Below, one piece after another: positions 26,528-35,690 of a stretch of DNA of 64,000 nt (its first letter is position 1; every line of letters starts with the position of its first letter). Under the pieces are notes generated by a model, which was given only the letters and a program-made list of their open reading frames with translations, was not told the DNA's origin and did not search any database. Source of the DNA: a virus; IMG/VR virus record IMGVR_UViG_3300009155_000038, one strand, 5' to 3'. The position numbers were made by a program, and so were the translations under genes.

Positions 26528-27064
26528 TTACTGCCCGCCGTGTTGGATATCTTCCAGAAAAAGAATGGCGATATCGCTGGCGCGACGATAGCCTTCTCTA
26601 ACACCCCGCTGATAACCATTTTCGTTCGGATCACCCATAGGGGCCGGTTTGGTTGTCAGGTCGGCAATAGTCGCGAGCGCTGCAATAAACTTGTTACGCA
26701 GTATACGATACTCGAACGAGCTTGTAATAGCCGAGTTGTCTGTAGTTTCTGCAGCGGCTTTGACCCGCGAATCCAGTGGCACATGCAAGCCAAAGCTACG
26801 TAGTCGCCTGCTGGCTTGTAAAAACGCCGAAAAATCATGAAAAGCGTTTGGCGTGTTCGGCACGTATTTCTGCGCCAGCTTATGCAGTGACTTACACACA
26901 CTTGTAAGCTCGGCCAGTACGTCGCGACGCAGGCTTTCGTGCGTCAATAGAAATTCACGCTCTTTTTCTTTCACAAGCGTTTTCGCGGTGAAAATAAAAT
27001 CGTGGCGCTCGTTGTACTGGTTAGCCTCAGTACCGACCATTTTCGGGTGAACCCGCGTCTTCAT
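26528..27064 (-). CDS. Hypothetical protein
   Basis: Start moved to ATG 27064, 1 nt after the tmk stop; mostly helical; ends in a GY..G.REGY..A motif. Confidence 0.6.
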   Translation of the reverse strand: MKTRVHPKMVGTEANQYNERHDFIFTAKTLVKEKEREFLLTHESLRRDVLAELTSVCKSLHKLAQKYVPNTPNAFHDFSAFLQASRRLRSFGLHVPLDSRVKAAAETTDNSAITSSFEYRILRNKFIAALATIADLTTKPAPMGDPNENGYQRGVREGYRRASDIAILFLEDIQHGGQ

Positions 27065-27065
27065 G

Positions 27066-27725
27066 CTAAGTCCTTTCTGGTTTCGTATCGCGAACAGGGA
27101 CGCCGTAAACCTTGCTGATTCGACAGAACAGTGAGTAAATCTCGTCATGCGTTATGTCAACATCGCGGTTGGCGTCGATGTGATGTACCGCGTTTGCGTG
27201 CGGCCGGAGCTTGGCGTGCGTCTGATACGCTGCGCGCATGCGCTCTCTATCTTTTAGGCAGCGCCGCTCATACCGGTCGCGCGGATTGCCCATGCGCACC
27301 TTGGCGTCTTCTGGCGCTAAGTCCAACAAGAAACAAATCTCTGGGCAGACGTAGGATGTCTCCCGAAAAATGTGCGTGATCAGCTCCAGTGAGATATTGT
27401 TGATCTCACCTTGATAGACCAGCGTTGAGAGTAGCCAGCGGTCACAAATAACTACAACGTCTTCACTGACGCGCTGCTGGATATACGCCGATAGCTCAGC
27501 CCGGGCAGCAGAAAATAAAAGCATCTGTGCTGCAGGCGAAATCGGATCGTCGTTGTTCAGCAAGATCTGTCGGATCGCCGTGCCAATCCTTGTCGTTCCC
27601 GGATCGGCAACCAGCTCGGCCGCGACGCCGTCTTTTTTGAGCCGCTGCGCCAGCATGCGGGCCTGTGTAGTTTTGCCGGCACCGTCAATTCCCTCGAAAC
27701 AAACGAACACTGGAGTCCTTTCCAA
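27066..27725 (-). CDS. tmk: Thymidylate (dTMP) kinase
   Basis: FEGIDGAGKTTQ P-loop, A.MLLFSAARA, VICDRWLLSTLVYQG. Confidence 0.95.
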   Translation of the reverse strand: MERTPVFVCFEGIDGAGKTTQARMLAQRLKKDGVAAELVADPGTTRIGTAIRQILLNNDDPISPAAQMLLFSAARAELSAYIQQRVSEDVVVICDRWLLSTLVYQGEINNISLELITHIFRETSYVCPEICFLLDLAPEDAKVRMGNPRDRYERRCLKDRERMRAAYQTHAKLRPHANAVHHIDANRDVDITHDEIYSLFCRISKVYGVPVRDTKPERT

Positions 27726-27744
27726 ATGTTTTAGATATCAGTAA

Positions 27745-28074
27745 TCAGCGGCCGGTGATTTGAAAATCAGGCGCATCGCCAAGAACAGGTTTTGATATTT
27801 TGCCGCCGGCTTCGCCCGTAATGCTGTATACGCCCCGGGCAGCCGGAAGCAGTTCAGGCACATTACGAGAAAACAACATCAATTCTTCGCCGTCAGCAAA
27901 ACGCAGCGCCATTCCGTTGTCAGTATGGCCCAACCCGACAACGCCGCGGTCTAACAGCCACTTAGCCGCATAGGCACAAAACGCTGAAACCTTCTCAGGT
28001 GTAGCATCTGGCGTGGCAGCAATATAATCCTCGCCGATCTTACTCAGTACGTCTTTTCCGGGCATATCGCACAC
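27745..28074 (-). CDS. Hypothetical protein
   Basis: 109-aa ORF tiling between tmk and the HD gene. Confidence 0.55.
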   Translation of the reverse strand: MCDMPGKDVLSKIGEDYIAATPDATPEKVSAFCAYAAKWLLDRGVVGLGHTDNGMALRFADGEELMLFSRNVPELLPAARGVYSITGEAGGKISKPVLGDAPDFQITGR

Positions 28075-28804
28075 CTTTCTTTTTGGGTGGTGACTCGGCA
28101 GCTTTCTTTTTAGCCGCTGTACGTTCCCGAAGCGCCTTTGTATTTTGCGCTACGATTTTGTCAAGCTTTGCTTTGCTTTTACAAGCTTTAATTGTCTGGC
28201 TTACATCGACCAACAGGTTTCTAGCAGCGTGCACGTACATGCGCAAGACATAGAACCGACTTGCTGCGTGGACAGCTAAAAGATCGCCGTCAAGCTGCGT
28301 AAGGATTTTTTTCGCCTTTGGTACAAATGGCAGCCCCTGCTTTTGCAGCAGCACAAGCATGTCACGCGCAGTGCAAATAACGTCAGCTACCACGACGATC
28401 TGCGCGCCAACAGGGCTTTGACTCAGTCGACCGCGGAATTCCATATCGCGCTTTGTTTCGACCAGCCGGAAGTCGCGACTAATGTCAGCCACCATTGCCG
28501 CCACTTGTACCGTAGCGATTTCAGCAATGTTCTCGAAAGCGCAAGCGCTAACATTCAAAACATCGTGCAGCAGAGCGCTCTGAATAATCGCGCCAATACT
28601 GTCCTTGGTGTCATCCGGCATGAAGTCAGCGCGCACGTCCTGATACAGCTTCTGCGCGATTGTCTCTGCCTGCTGGGCGACAGTCGTGCAGTGCGCCAAC
28701 AAGCTTGCGCCCGTGTTGGTCTGCTTATCGCTGTAATGTTGTTTCGCAAATGCTAGCGTTTGCTGCATTGTCGCGATGTGCATGTCGTTCATCGGCACCT
28801 CCAT
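28040..28804 (-). CDS. RelA/SpoT-type (Mesh1-like) HD-domain protein with degenerate active site
   Basis: FAKQHY...G...LAHC..VA, ALLHDVL, VAAMVADISRD and IVVVAD follow the SpoT hydrolase pattern. The ED after HD reads NV. Lys-rich tail. Confidence 0.7.
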   Translation of the reverse strand: MEVPMNDMHIATMQQTLAFAKQHYSDKQTNTGASLLAHCTTVAQQAETIAQKLYQDVRADFMPDDTKDSIGAIIQSALLHDVLNVSACAFENIAEIATVQVAAMVADISRDFRLVETKRDMEFRGRLSQSPVGAQIVVVADVICTARDMLVLLQKQGLPFVPKAKKILTQLDGDLLAVHAASRFYVLRMYVHAARNLLVDVSQTIKACKSKAKLDKIVAQNTKALRERTAAKKKAAESPPKKKGVRYARKRRTE

Positions 28805-28810
28805 GTGCCG

Positions 28811-29854
28811 TCAAACCAACCGCAAAATCGTTTGCCAGCCTAGGTCAAAGGCGCGGCGTCGCGTGTTTAGGTTGTGGTTGACGCGTCTGTTTAAAGTATC
28901 AATACTCCAAGGCTCAGCAATAAGTGTTTGTAACGATGTGATGATTGTTTCGTAATCTGGGGCGGCATGCGGCGCTCCGTTTTCGTCATAGTCTATTTTG
29001 GTGTTGACCAACGCGCCATTCGTTTCCGGGTGAATAAAGTCAGTCTGCGGCGACAGATTGAACGCCAAGACCGGCGTCCCGCAGCTTAAAGACGTCAGCG
29101 CGCAAAAGCCGTAATTATCGCATTCCGCCGGATAAAACGTCAGGTCGTGCTCGGTGTATAGCGCTAGCCGCTTTAATAGCGGTACTTTTCTGACAAGAGT
29201 CACCCGGCCGTCTGTTTTGCGCCCAAGCGTTTTGAAAAACTTGGCGACTGCCGGAGAAAACTTGCTGGATGAGACGGCTACTGTGATCTGCGCGTCTGGC
29301 ATGCGCGTAATGAGATACCCCAAAAACCCGAGAAAATTGCTGTTGGCGCATCGGGCATTTCGATCAAACCACGGTAAAAATATCTTTACCTTTTTGGGGT
29401 CGACGTTCTGCCGCTTTTTAATCGCCGGCAAGCCCGTGTCGAACGGAATTAGTGTGACGTTTTTAAACTTGTAGACCGTAGTAAACAGCTCGCGGCACTC
29501 GGCGCTCATGGCTATCACGTGATCTACACGCTGCATGACCTTACGAAAAGGTCGTACCATCTCTTGCCACATTGGCACTATCAGCGTGTGACAGCCTGAA
29601 CGCTTGGCGTAATTGACCTGCTCCAGCTTGGGCGGCCGTGTCCAGATCACGGTAGATAGCCCTTTTACCCAGTGAGTGTATTTTGTTTTTTTCTTGTGCA
29701 GCACCGCATTGTCATAAATCACGCCAAGTTTGCCCGGCTGATTTTCTGAGTAAATACTGCACTCCACATTCTGAGTGCGTAAAAAGTCAGCGAGACGTAT
29801 TGCTAAATATGCCTCGTCGCAGTGCGCGTAGTGAGTGTAAATACCTACACGCAT
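28811..29854 (-). CDS. GT-B fold glycosyltransferase (GT4-like)
   Basis: MRVGIYT N-terminus; VDHVIAMS; LYTEHDLTFYPAECDNYGFCALTSLSCGTPVLAF matching the GT4 C-terminal motif. Confidence 0.8.
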   Translation of the reverse strand: MRVGIYTHYAHCDEAYLAIRLADFLRTQNVECSIYSENQPGKLGVIYDNAVLHKKKTKYTHWVKGLSTVIWTRPPKLEQVNYAKRSGCHTLIVPMWQEMVRPFRKVMQRVDHVIAMSAECRELFTTVYKFKNVTLIPFDTGLPAIKKRQNVDPKKVKIFLPWFDRNARCANSNFLGFLGYLITRMPDAQITVAVSSSKFSPAVAKFFKTLGRKTDGRVTLVRKVPLLKRLALYTEHDLTFYPAECDNYGFCALTSLSCGTPVLAFNLSPQTDFIHPETNGALVNTKIDYDENGAPHAAPDYETIITSLQTLIAEPWSIDTLNRRVNHNLNTRRRAFDLGWQTILRLV

Positions 29855-31788
29855 TATTGCGGCGGTGCTCCGCCACCTTGGCCGAATTGTTGGGCCATTA
29901 CCATTTGCCCGCCCTGTGAGCGCGCTTGCTGGCGAATATCGTCAATCATGCTCGTAACAAGAGCATGCATTGTCGGATCGCTACGCTTGAGCTTGAGTAG
30001 CTCTGCGTCCTTTTGCGGCTCGGGCATGCTGAGCACCTGATTCGCAATAGTCTGGGCTTGAGCTTGCAAATCTTCAGGTGTGCGCGGAACATTGGGCGCG
30101 TTCTGTCGTTGCGCCAAGAACTGATCGACGGGGCTCGGCGGCGGGCCGACCGGTGCCGGCTGCTGCTGGCCGCCACCGCCTTGTTGCGGCTGCTGCGGCT
30201 GGCCTGTGGCGCTGGCGCCAGTGTTTCCAGCGCCCATCATCATGTCTGGGCCCTGACTCATAGCCTGCATCTGCTGAGACTGTTCCATCTCTTCCTGCAT
30301 GCGAGCCTGCTCTTCGGCGTAGATCTTCTGCTCTTCCAGCATGCGCTTTGTTTCTTCCTCGTAATCGAGGCCAACGCTCTGAAGACCAGTTGTCTTGGAA
30401 ATCTGCTGACCCTGCATGAGTTGCAGCTTGGCCATCTGACGGTTGAGGTCGTCGGCGTGTGTGACACGCTGTAATTTGGCCGTAACGGGCGACCACGACA
30501 TAGCTTTAGCTACACCATCTACAAGTTGCGACAAGAACCTGTTCAGGTTATGCGGCAAGTGACTCCAGTTCGCCTCGAACAACCGCAAAGCCGCCGGGGC
30601 AGCTTGAAGCGTGAGCGTGCCGTTGAACAGCTCTACGGGCATACCAATGCATTTCAGTAGCGTTTCAAGCCCCTGATCTAGCAGCTCTTTGGGCGCCATC
30701 TGCGTAGCGTCACCGCCAAGAGCCTGATAGTTCACGGGGAACGGCAATACGTTCCAGCGCGCCGGGTCAGACCGGCGAGCGCGAATCATCGCCGCTACAC
30801 GAGAAGAGAAGCTGGCAAGGTTAATTGTGTGTACGGGGTCACCAGACTGCGCATCGCCGCCACGAGGTTGCGGCGTGATAACTCGGAACGGGATAACATA
30901 ATCCAGCGCAATAGCTTCGTTATATCTGTGCAGAATCTGCACATACCACGCCTGCCTGAAGTTCACCAGAATGCGTGAGATACCCCAGCCGCGGTTACGC
31001 ATGCCGGAAAGCGCATCTTCCTTTAGGTGGAAAATGACGCCCTTGTCGAACATCAGATTCTGACCGTTTTTGATCGCCTGAATGACTTCCCAGCTGGCGC
31101 GCTCTAAATGATGTAAGTGACCCTGCCGGATAAGCGTGCGGTAATCTTCAGGAATCTTCCAGATATAAGAAGCGTCGTTCGTGTACGGATCCCACAGCAA
31201 ATCGATTTCGTGCGGGCTCCATCTCTTTACTGTCATCGATTCGGAGTCGCCGCTGCGCCGATCAATGTGTCGCCAGATGCCGCTGGTTTTGCAGTGCGGA
31301 CATGTCGCGGTGAATTCGAAGTTCTGCCACTTGAAAGCGCACTGTGAAGAATTGTAAACCCGCTCAAGCGGCATCTCTAAGCCGCACTTCTTGCACGACA
31401 AATAACGCCGAAACGGGATCAGCAGGCTGGTAAAAGAATTGCCGTATGTCAGATAGTCCAGCGCGACAGTGTGCAGCACATTCTTGATACTTAACGTGTC
31501 TTCAAGAAAGACACGAAACTTTTCTTTTTCTTCTCGGCCGACTGTCTTTTCGCCCGTGTCTTTGATCTCGACGTCGGTAATGAAGTACGACACTACGCGA
31601 TCTACGGCCTGCCTATACGGGCCGTTGGCATTCATGATGTATTCGCACCACCGCAGCGCAGACTGGATGCTCTCAGGCATCGACAGGCTGGCTACGTCAC
31701 AGAACGGATCCGGGAACCGCTCGTCGCTCTGCGCACCGCGGCCAAGGGTGTTATAACCCATGCCGGCTGAAGGTTGTAATGACGACAC
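29854..31788 (-). CDS. Probable portal protein with Zn-ribbon insertion and Gln-rich tail
   Basis: 644 aa, mainly helical; FPDPF N-terminus, IPFRVITP, PVNYQALGG, IGMPVELF.G and LRLFE..W segments resemble large-phage portals; CKKC...CPHC insert. Family call is from recall only. Confidence 0.55.
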   Translation of the reverse strand: MSSLQPSAGMGYNTLGRGAQSDERFPDPFCDVASLSMPESIQSALRWCEYIMNANGPYRQAVDRVVSYFITDVEIKDTGEKTVGREEKEKFRVFLEDTLSIKNVLHTVALDYLTYGNSFTSLLIPFRRYLSCKKCGLEMPLERVYNSSQCAFKWQNFEFTATCPHCKTSGIWRHIDRRSGDSESMTVKRWSPHEIDLLWDPYTNDASYIWKIPEDYRTLIRQGHLHHLERASWEVIQAIKNGQNLMFDKGVIFHLKEDALSGMRNRGWGISRILVNFRQAWYVQILHRYNEAIALDYVIPFRVITPQPRGGDAQSGDPVHTINLASFSSRVAAMIRARRSDPARWNVLPFPVNYQALGGDATQMAPKELLDQGLETLLKCIGMPVELFNGTLTLQAAPAALRLFEANWSHLPHNLNRFLSQLVDGVAKAMSWSPVTAKLQRVTHADDLNRQMAKLQLMQGQQISKTTGLQSVGLDYEEETKRMLEEQKIYAEEQARMQEEMEQSQQMQAMSQGPDMMMGAGNTGASATGQPQQPQQGGGGQQQPAPVGPPPSPVDQFLAQRQNAPNVPRTPEDLQAQAQTIANQVLSMPEPQKDAELLKLKRSDPTMHALVTSMIDDIRQQARSQGGQMVMAQQFGQGGGAPPQ

Positions 31789-31805
31789 GATGACGCCTCT
31801 TGCGC

Positions 31806-31988
31806 TTAGTTAATTGACGTCCGCGCCGCTTCAGCAGCTCGTCTGCGAAAATCGTTGTCTAAATCGGCGACTGTGGCCTGCTTTTCTGCGGCGGATTTAC
31901 CGGAAAGCATAGCTGCCGAATCGTGTTTTGGCGAATCTGTATCTACCGGGGGCGTAAGGCCACTTTCGATAATGCCGCGTTTTTCCAT
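31806..31988 (-). CDS. Small hypothetical protein
   Basis: ATG 31988 is 2 nt after the upstream stop; 60 aa. Confidence 0.5.
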   Translation of the reverse strand: MEKRGIIESGLTPPVDTDSPKHDSAAMLSGKSAAEKQATVADLDNDFRRRAAEAARTSIN

Positions 31989-31990
31989 GT

Positions 31991-32959
31991 TTACTGCTCG
32001 GTTGGTTGCGCTCTGACAGCCCGCTCGACGAGTAAAACGCAATACTCTCGGCTATCATAAACATACTGAAATCCGGTCGTATGAACAAGGTATAACCGAT
32101 TATCGTCACTAATCTGTACAGCCCAAGGACGACCGTACGGGTCATTTGCTGGAGGAAACCAGCGTGCCGCGTTTTGCTCAAATCGCAGGTCGTAAATAAG
32201 AACTAAAAAGCCGCTCTCCTCAAAGTTCTCAGTATCTTGTCGCGCAACGTTTACAAGCACTTCGTGAAAAAAGGCGGGGACAGTACCAATACCCTCTTTT
32301 TCGAAGTACAGCAGTTTCTGCGGCGGACCTACCAGTGTTGTTTTTGTTACAACTGGCTGCTGCGCCGACGGCATTTGCGTAGGTTGCTTTTTCAAGCCAA
32401 ACGCCGCCATCGGGCTGTAGCTCCTGTCGATTTTTTCGATAGGCGGCATGGCAGACTGTTTGATTAACGGATTCGGCTGCGCGCCATAACTTTCGAGGGC
32501 GTCAACTTCTGCATCCAGCTCGGCAATCATGGCCAGCGTTTCGTCGTCATCACGAACGCGGGGCTGTGGCTTAGCCGGCGCCGCAAACGCGGCCTGCTTT
32601 GCCGGAACCCGCTGAACACCTGATTTAGATATCTTTGCCAGTTCTTCAAATGCCACGGCTGCGCGCTCCCTTATGGATTCGATGTCGTTGCCAGTTACTG
32701 TTTGATTTGCAAACGTCAAAGCCTGTGTCACCCGGTCCGCTGTCATCTGCCCAAGTGTTAACTGACTATTCATGCCGTCAGGCTCGACATTAATAGCAAT
32801 GGCGCTGCGGTCGTGTGGGTTAAAATTAATAGGTGTGCCGCCACCATTTGACGGAGCGACTACTACACCCTTTAGTCCGCGCGGACCGCCGCGCATAAGG
32901 TCAGCCATCGACCGACCGTTCTGCAAACGTTCTTTTGCGGGATCCCCATACTGCGACAT
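31991..32959 (-). CDS. Hypothetical protein
   Basis: 322-aa ORF with a low-complexity middle and a beta-rich C-terminal domain. Confidence 0.65.
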   Translation of the reverse strand: MSQYGDPAKERLQNGRSMADLMRGGPRGLKGVVVAPSNGGGTPINFNPHDRSAIAINVEPDGMNSQLTLGQMTADRVTQALTFANQTVTGNDIESIRERAAVAFEELAKISKSGVQRVPAKQAAFAAPAKPQPRVRDDDETLAMIAELDAEVDALESYGAQPNPLIKQSAMPPIEKIDRSYSPMAAFGLKKQPTQMPSAQQPVVTKTTLVGPPQKLLYFEKEGIGTVPAFFHEVLVNVARQDTENFEESGFLVLIYDLRFEQNAARWFPPANDPYGRPWAVQISDDNRLYLVHTTGFQYVYDSREYCVLLVERAVRAQPTEQ

Positions 32960-32975
32960 AAAAGCTCCAATAGCT

Positions 32976-33015
32976 AAAAAAAACGGGGGGAGCAGCCTTA
33001 CGCTGCGTCCCCCCG
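32976..33015 (-). terminator. Rho-independent terminator
   Basis: Minus strand cggggggacgcagc-gtaag-gctgctccccccg followed by T8; the upstream gene's TAA lies in the loop. Confidence 0.8.
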
Positions 33016-33288
33016 GAAAGATTCTGGCTTCAGGTCCGGGCAGACACTGTATAACCGATCCCGCGGGATTTGGAAATACAAACGGCCCAGCGGTACCCCT
33101 TCGCCGCAGGCGACTTTCACCTGCGACTGCGCTGGCAGAACCTCTGCCAGCACAGCCCCTGAAACTAAATGCGCTACTACTAACCCGAGCCCATCATTTG
33201 CTGAGAATGTCGGCAACGTACATGGCATGGCGTCTATTTTAAGTAGCCAATCCAGCACATCTTGTTTCGGGTTAATAAAATAACGCAT
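32998..33288 (-). CDS. Hypothetical protein
   Basis: ATG 33288 overlaps the upstream stop (TAATG); 96 aa. Confidence 0.6.
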   Translation of the reverse strand: MRYFINPKQDVLDWLLKIDAMPCTLPTFSANDGLGLVVAHLVSGAVLAEVLPAQSQVKVACGEGVPLGRLYFQIPRDRLYSVCPDLKPESFRGDAA

Positions 33289-34301
33289 TACATTGCCTCT
33301 GCCGTTGCTTCTACGGTGTCGTACACCGAGAACCGATTGGCCGGAGTCCAATCAATCGGAGCCAGAAACGCGCCGGTATATGGCGCCGGCATATCCTGCC
33401 AGTCTGCAATGTCGCAGAGCTGGATAGATGACAGCCGGTTCATGACCAGCGGCTGTTCCGGGTTCAACGCCGCAACGATCAGCTCCTGATCCGTAGCCTC
33501 GCTGGCCACTCGGCGGCTCACCTGCCGGCGGAGATAGTGTGCCGCGTCTGCCGGCTTGTCGGCAATCACGGATTTGATATCCACACCGACCGTCACGGGC
33601 GCCTCTGGATTCAACAGCGCTTCACACACTGCCGACTCAGAAAACTCCATGTCAGGAGCCGAAGATCGAATCTCGGCCGCCAGCTCCTCAAACAGCGCCG
33701 GATCTTTCTCAGCCTGATCTAACGACTCCAGCCCGCGGCGGGCCAGAATCTTAGCCGCCGGGTTTGGAAGCCGCACTGTCATCTCTCGCACAGACACGAG
33801 CGGGTTGCGGTCCTGCGCACCCAGCACGGGTGTGTAGTCCTCAACAAATCGGCCGTTAGGCATCGTGAGCACAGACGGCCACGCCGGCTTTGCCAGTACC
33901 GGCGCCTCTCCTCGCTTGCACGCGAAGCCATAATCCAGCAGTCTATGCATGGCATCGATAGCCCGCGTAGCGAGCACCCGATGATGCGTCTTGTTCAGAT
34001 CCATCTGCGCCATTCGCCCGCCGGGAATAATTGGGGCTCTGAAATCCCACTTACCCTGCGTGACAAACACCAGTCGACCGTTACAGGGCCGGCTGATCGC
34101 AATCGACACCGTCAGGCCGCCTTCGGCCATCGTCTCAAGAATTACCGCCAACGGGCGAATTTCTTCGAGCCCGTACCTAATCGGATCGTCGAACGTCCGC
34201 GCCTCACCGGGCAGCCAGCTTACCGCCGCCAGACCTTCGACCAGATGGCCGATTCGATCGAACTGCTGGACCATCTTGGTTTGAATTTCGCTGAGTCTCA
34301 T
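33288..34301 (-). CDS. Hypothetical protein
   Basis: ATG 34301 with a GAAGGA RBS; 337 aa; no recognised motif. Confidence 0.65.
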   Translation of the reverse strand: MRLSEIQTKMVQQFDRIGHLVEGLAAVSWLPGEARTFDDPIRYGLEEIRPLAVILETMAEGGLTVSIAISRPCNGRLVFVTQGKWDFRAPIIPGGRMAQMDLNKTHHRVLATRAIDAMHRLLDYGFACKRGEAPVLAKPAWPSVLTMPNGRFVEDYTPVLGAQDRNPLVSVREMTVRLPNPAAKILARRGLESLDQAEKDPALFEELAAEIRSSAPDMEFSESAVCEALLNPEAPVTVGVDIKSVIADKPADAAHYLRRQVSRRVASEATDQELIVAALNPEQPLVMNRLSSIQLCDIADWQDMPAPYTGAFLAPIDWTPANRFSVYDTVEATAEAM

Positions 34302-34503
34302 GTTTCTGTCCTTCTGCACAAAAGGTGTTTGTTGTTGTCGCTATATCGCGCCTATTCTCACCGCTGAAATACTTATCACCAGAAAACTTATCCCAATCCT
34401 CTGGTGAAACATCTAGATCGTAAAGCTTGACACGGATCATGCCGTTCTCAAGCTTAAATTGTTTCTTAACTGACAGGCCTCTGAACGTTTTAAGCAGAGA
34501 CAT
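34204..34503 (-). CDS. Hypothetical protein overlapping the downstream gene by 98 bp
   Basis: GGAGG RBS before ATG 34503. The first 60 aa look protein-like; the tail lies in an alternative frame of the next gene. Confidence 0.45.
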   Translation of the reverse strand: MSLLKTFRGLSVKKQFKLENGMIRVKLYDLDVSPEDWDKFSGDKYFSGENRRDIATTTNTFCAEGQKHETQRNSNQDGPAVRSNRPSGRRSGGGKLAAR

Positions 34504-34520
34504 GCATTGCGCCTCCATTT

Positions 34521-34584
34521 GCAACTCTACGGTTGCAGCAATATTTACCACGACGAACAACACAACGTACGTCGCAGTAAATAT
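34521..34584 (-). promoter_or_regulatory. Intergenic hairpins (15-bp stem with two G-U pairs on the minus strand, plus a 5-bp stem)
   Basis: atatttactgcgacg / cgtcgtggtaaatat (34541-34584) and gcaac / gttgc (34521-34536) lie directly upstream of an RBS. Confidence 0.5.
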
Positions 34585-34604
34585 GCCCGGTTAACGCAAA
34601 AAAT

Positions 34605-35033
34605 TTAGCTGTCAGGATCCGGCAGAATACTGTCAAAAACGTTCATCACGTTCTCGTTGTCTTCTGGAAAAAAGTCATCTGACTGGCTCGCCCGCGGAAC
34701 CTTGGGAGTTTTAATCTCCGGCGGGTCTTCAAGATGGATCGGGTCGAGGCCCAGATATCCTGTGTCGTCTGGTTCCAGCTCCGCATCTGGTGCCGAATAG
34801 AGCGGCAGGTTTCCCCACGGCGTAAGCAAGTGGCGAAATGGCGGTTTAGATATTTGAAGCCGTAAACCAGCGAACGTAAATACAGATACGTCTCGGTCGA
34901 TAAGCTCGCGTAACCGCGTGGCTAGCTTATCCAGCGCGTCAAACTCTTCAACGGTATATGCGCCGTCAGCGTGAAGAATTGCGGCGTAGTAATTTCCGGG
35001 CTGCGGCACATCCTTGTTTTCCGCTTCTGCCAT
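34605..35033 (-). CDS. Hypothetical acidic protein
   Basis: 142-aa ORF coupled to the upstream gene (TAATG). Confidence 0.6.
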   Translation of the reverse strand: MAEAENKDVPQPGNYYAAILHADGAYTVEEFDALDKLATRLRELIDRDVSVFTFAGLRLQISKPPFRHLLTPWGNLPLYSAPDAELEPDDTGYLGLDPIHLEDPPEIKTPKVPRASQSDDFFPEDNENVMNVFDSILPDPDS

Positions 35034-35677
35034 TATTCGTCTCGCATAGTAAGTGGGTCTTCTCCGGTAAAACCACCAAGAATTTCTGCCGAACGAACAG
35101 CGCCCGGTATTTGAATTTGCGCAGCTTGTGAATCGAGCATGCGCACAATCGGCGGCTTATCAAATCGGCCAGATAGCAGTACGGCACCTTTGTTTGTCAG
35201 GGCTCCAAACACAGTTATGTTTAAGAACTCAAGTGTCTTCGCCGTCGGATCTGGGACAGGCAATTCGTAGTAAAACGTGCTGGCAAAGAATTGCGTTTTT
35301 GGGCACGAGAATGCAATACCGCCCAGAAACGAAAAACACTCTTCTTTTCTATCGGTGTCAATACCATAAATCCGCTTATCCCAATTCACTGGCGTTACTC
35401 TACCCGGAGGTGGCATAACGCCTAATCCGCGGAAAAAAACATCGTCGCCTTTGAGGTCTATACAGAACGGTCGCAAGTCGCGTGACTCGGCGGGGAACCG
35501 CGCATCAAACTCAACCACTGGATCACGATCAAACCCAGCGTGCGTAAACAACAGCGCCGGCGTGAACAATACCAGCGGCTTTTCACGCCGGCGCAAAGCT
35601 TCGCTGCACGAAATAGCCTGAATAGCGTCAGCGCTTGTAATCGCCTCTACTTCAGTAAACGTGTCTGGCCGTTTCAT
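35033..35677 (-). CDS. Hypothetical protein
   Basis: 214-aa ORF tiling in the operon. Confidence 0.6.
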   Translation of the reverse strand: MKRPDTFTEVEAITSADAIQAISCSEALRRREKPLVLFTPALLFTHAGFDRDPVVEFDARFPAESRDLRPFCIDLKGDDVFFRGLGVMPPPGRVTPVNWDKRIYGIDTDRKEECFSFLGGIAFSCPKTQFFASTFYYELPVPDPTAKTLEFLNITVFGALTNKGAVLLSGRFDKPPIVRMLDSQAAQIQIPGAVRSAEILGGFTGEDPLTMRDE

Positions 35678-35690
35678 ACCGCCCGCGCTA

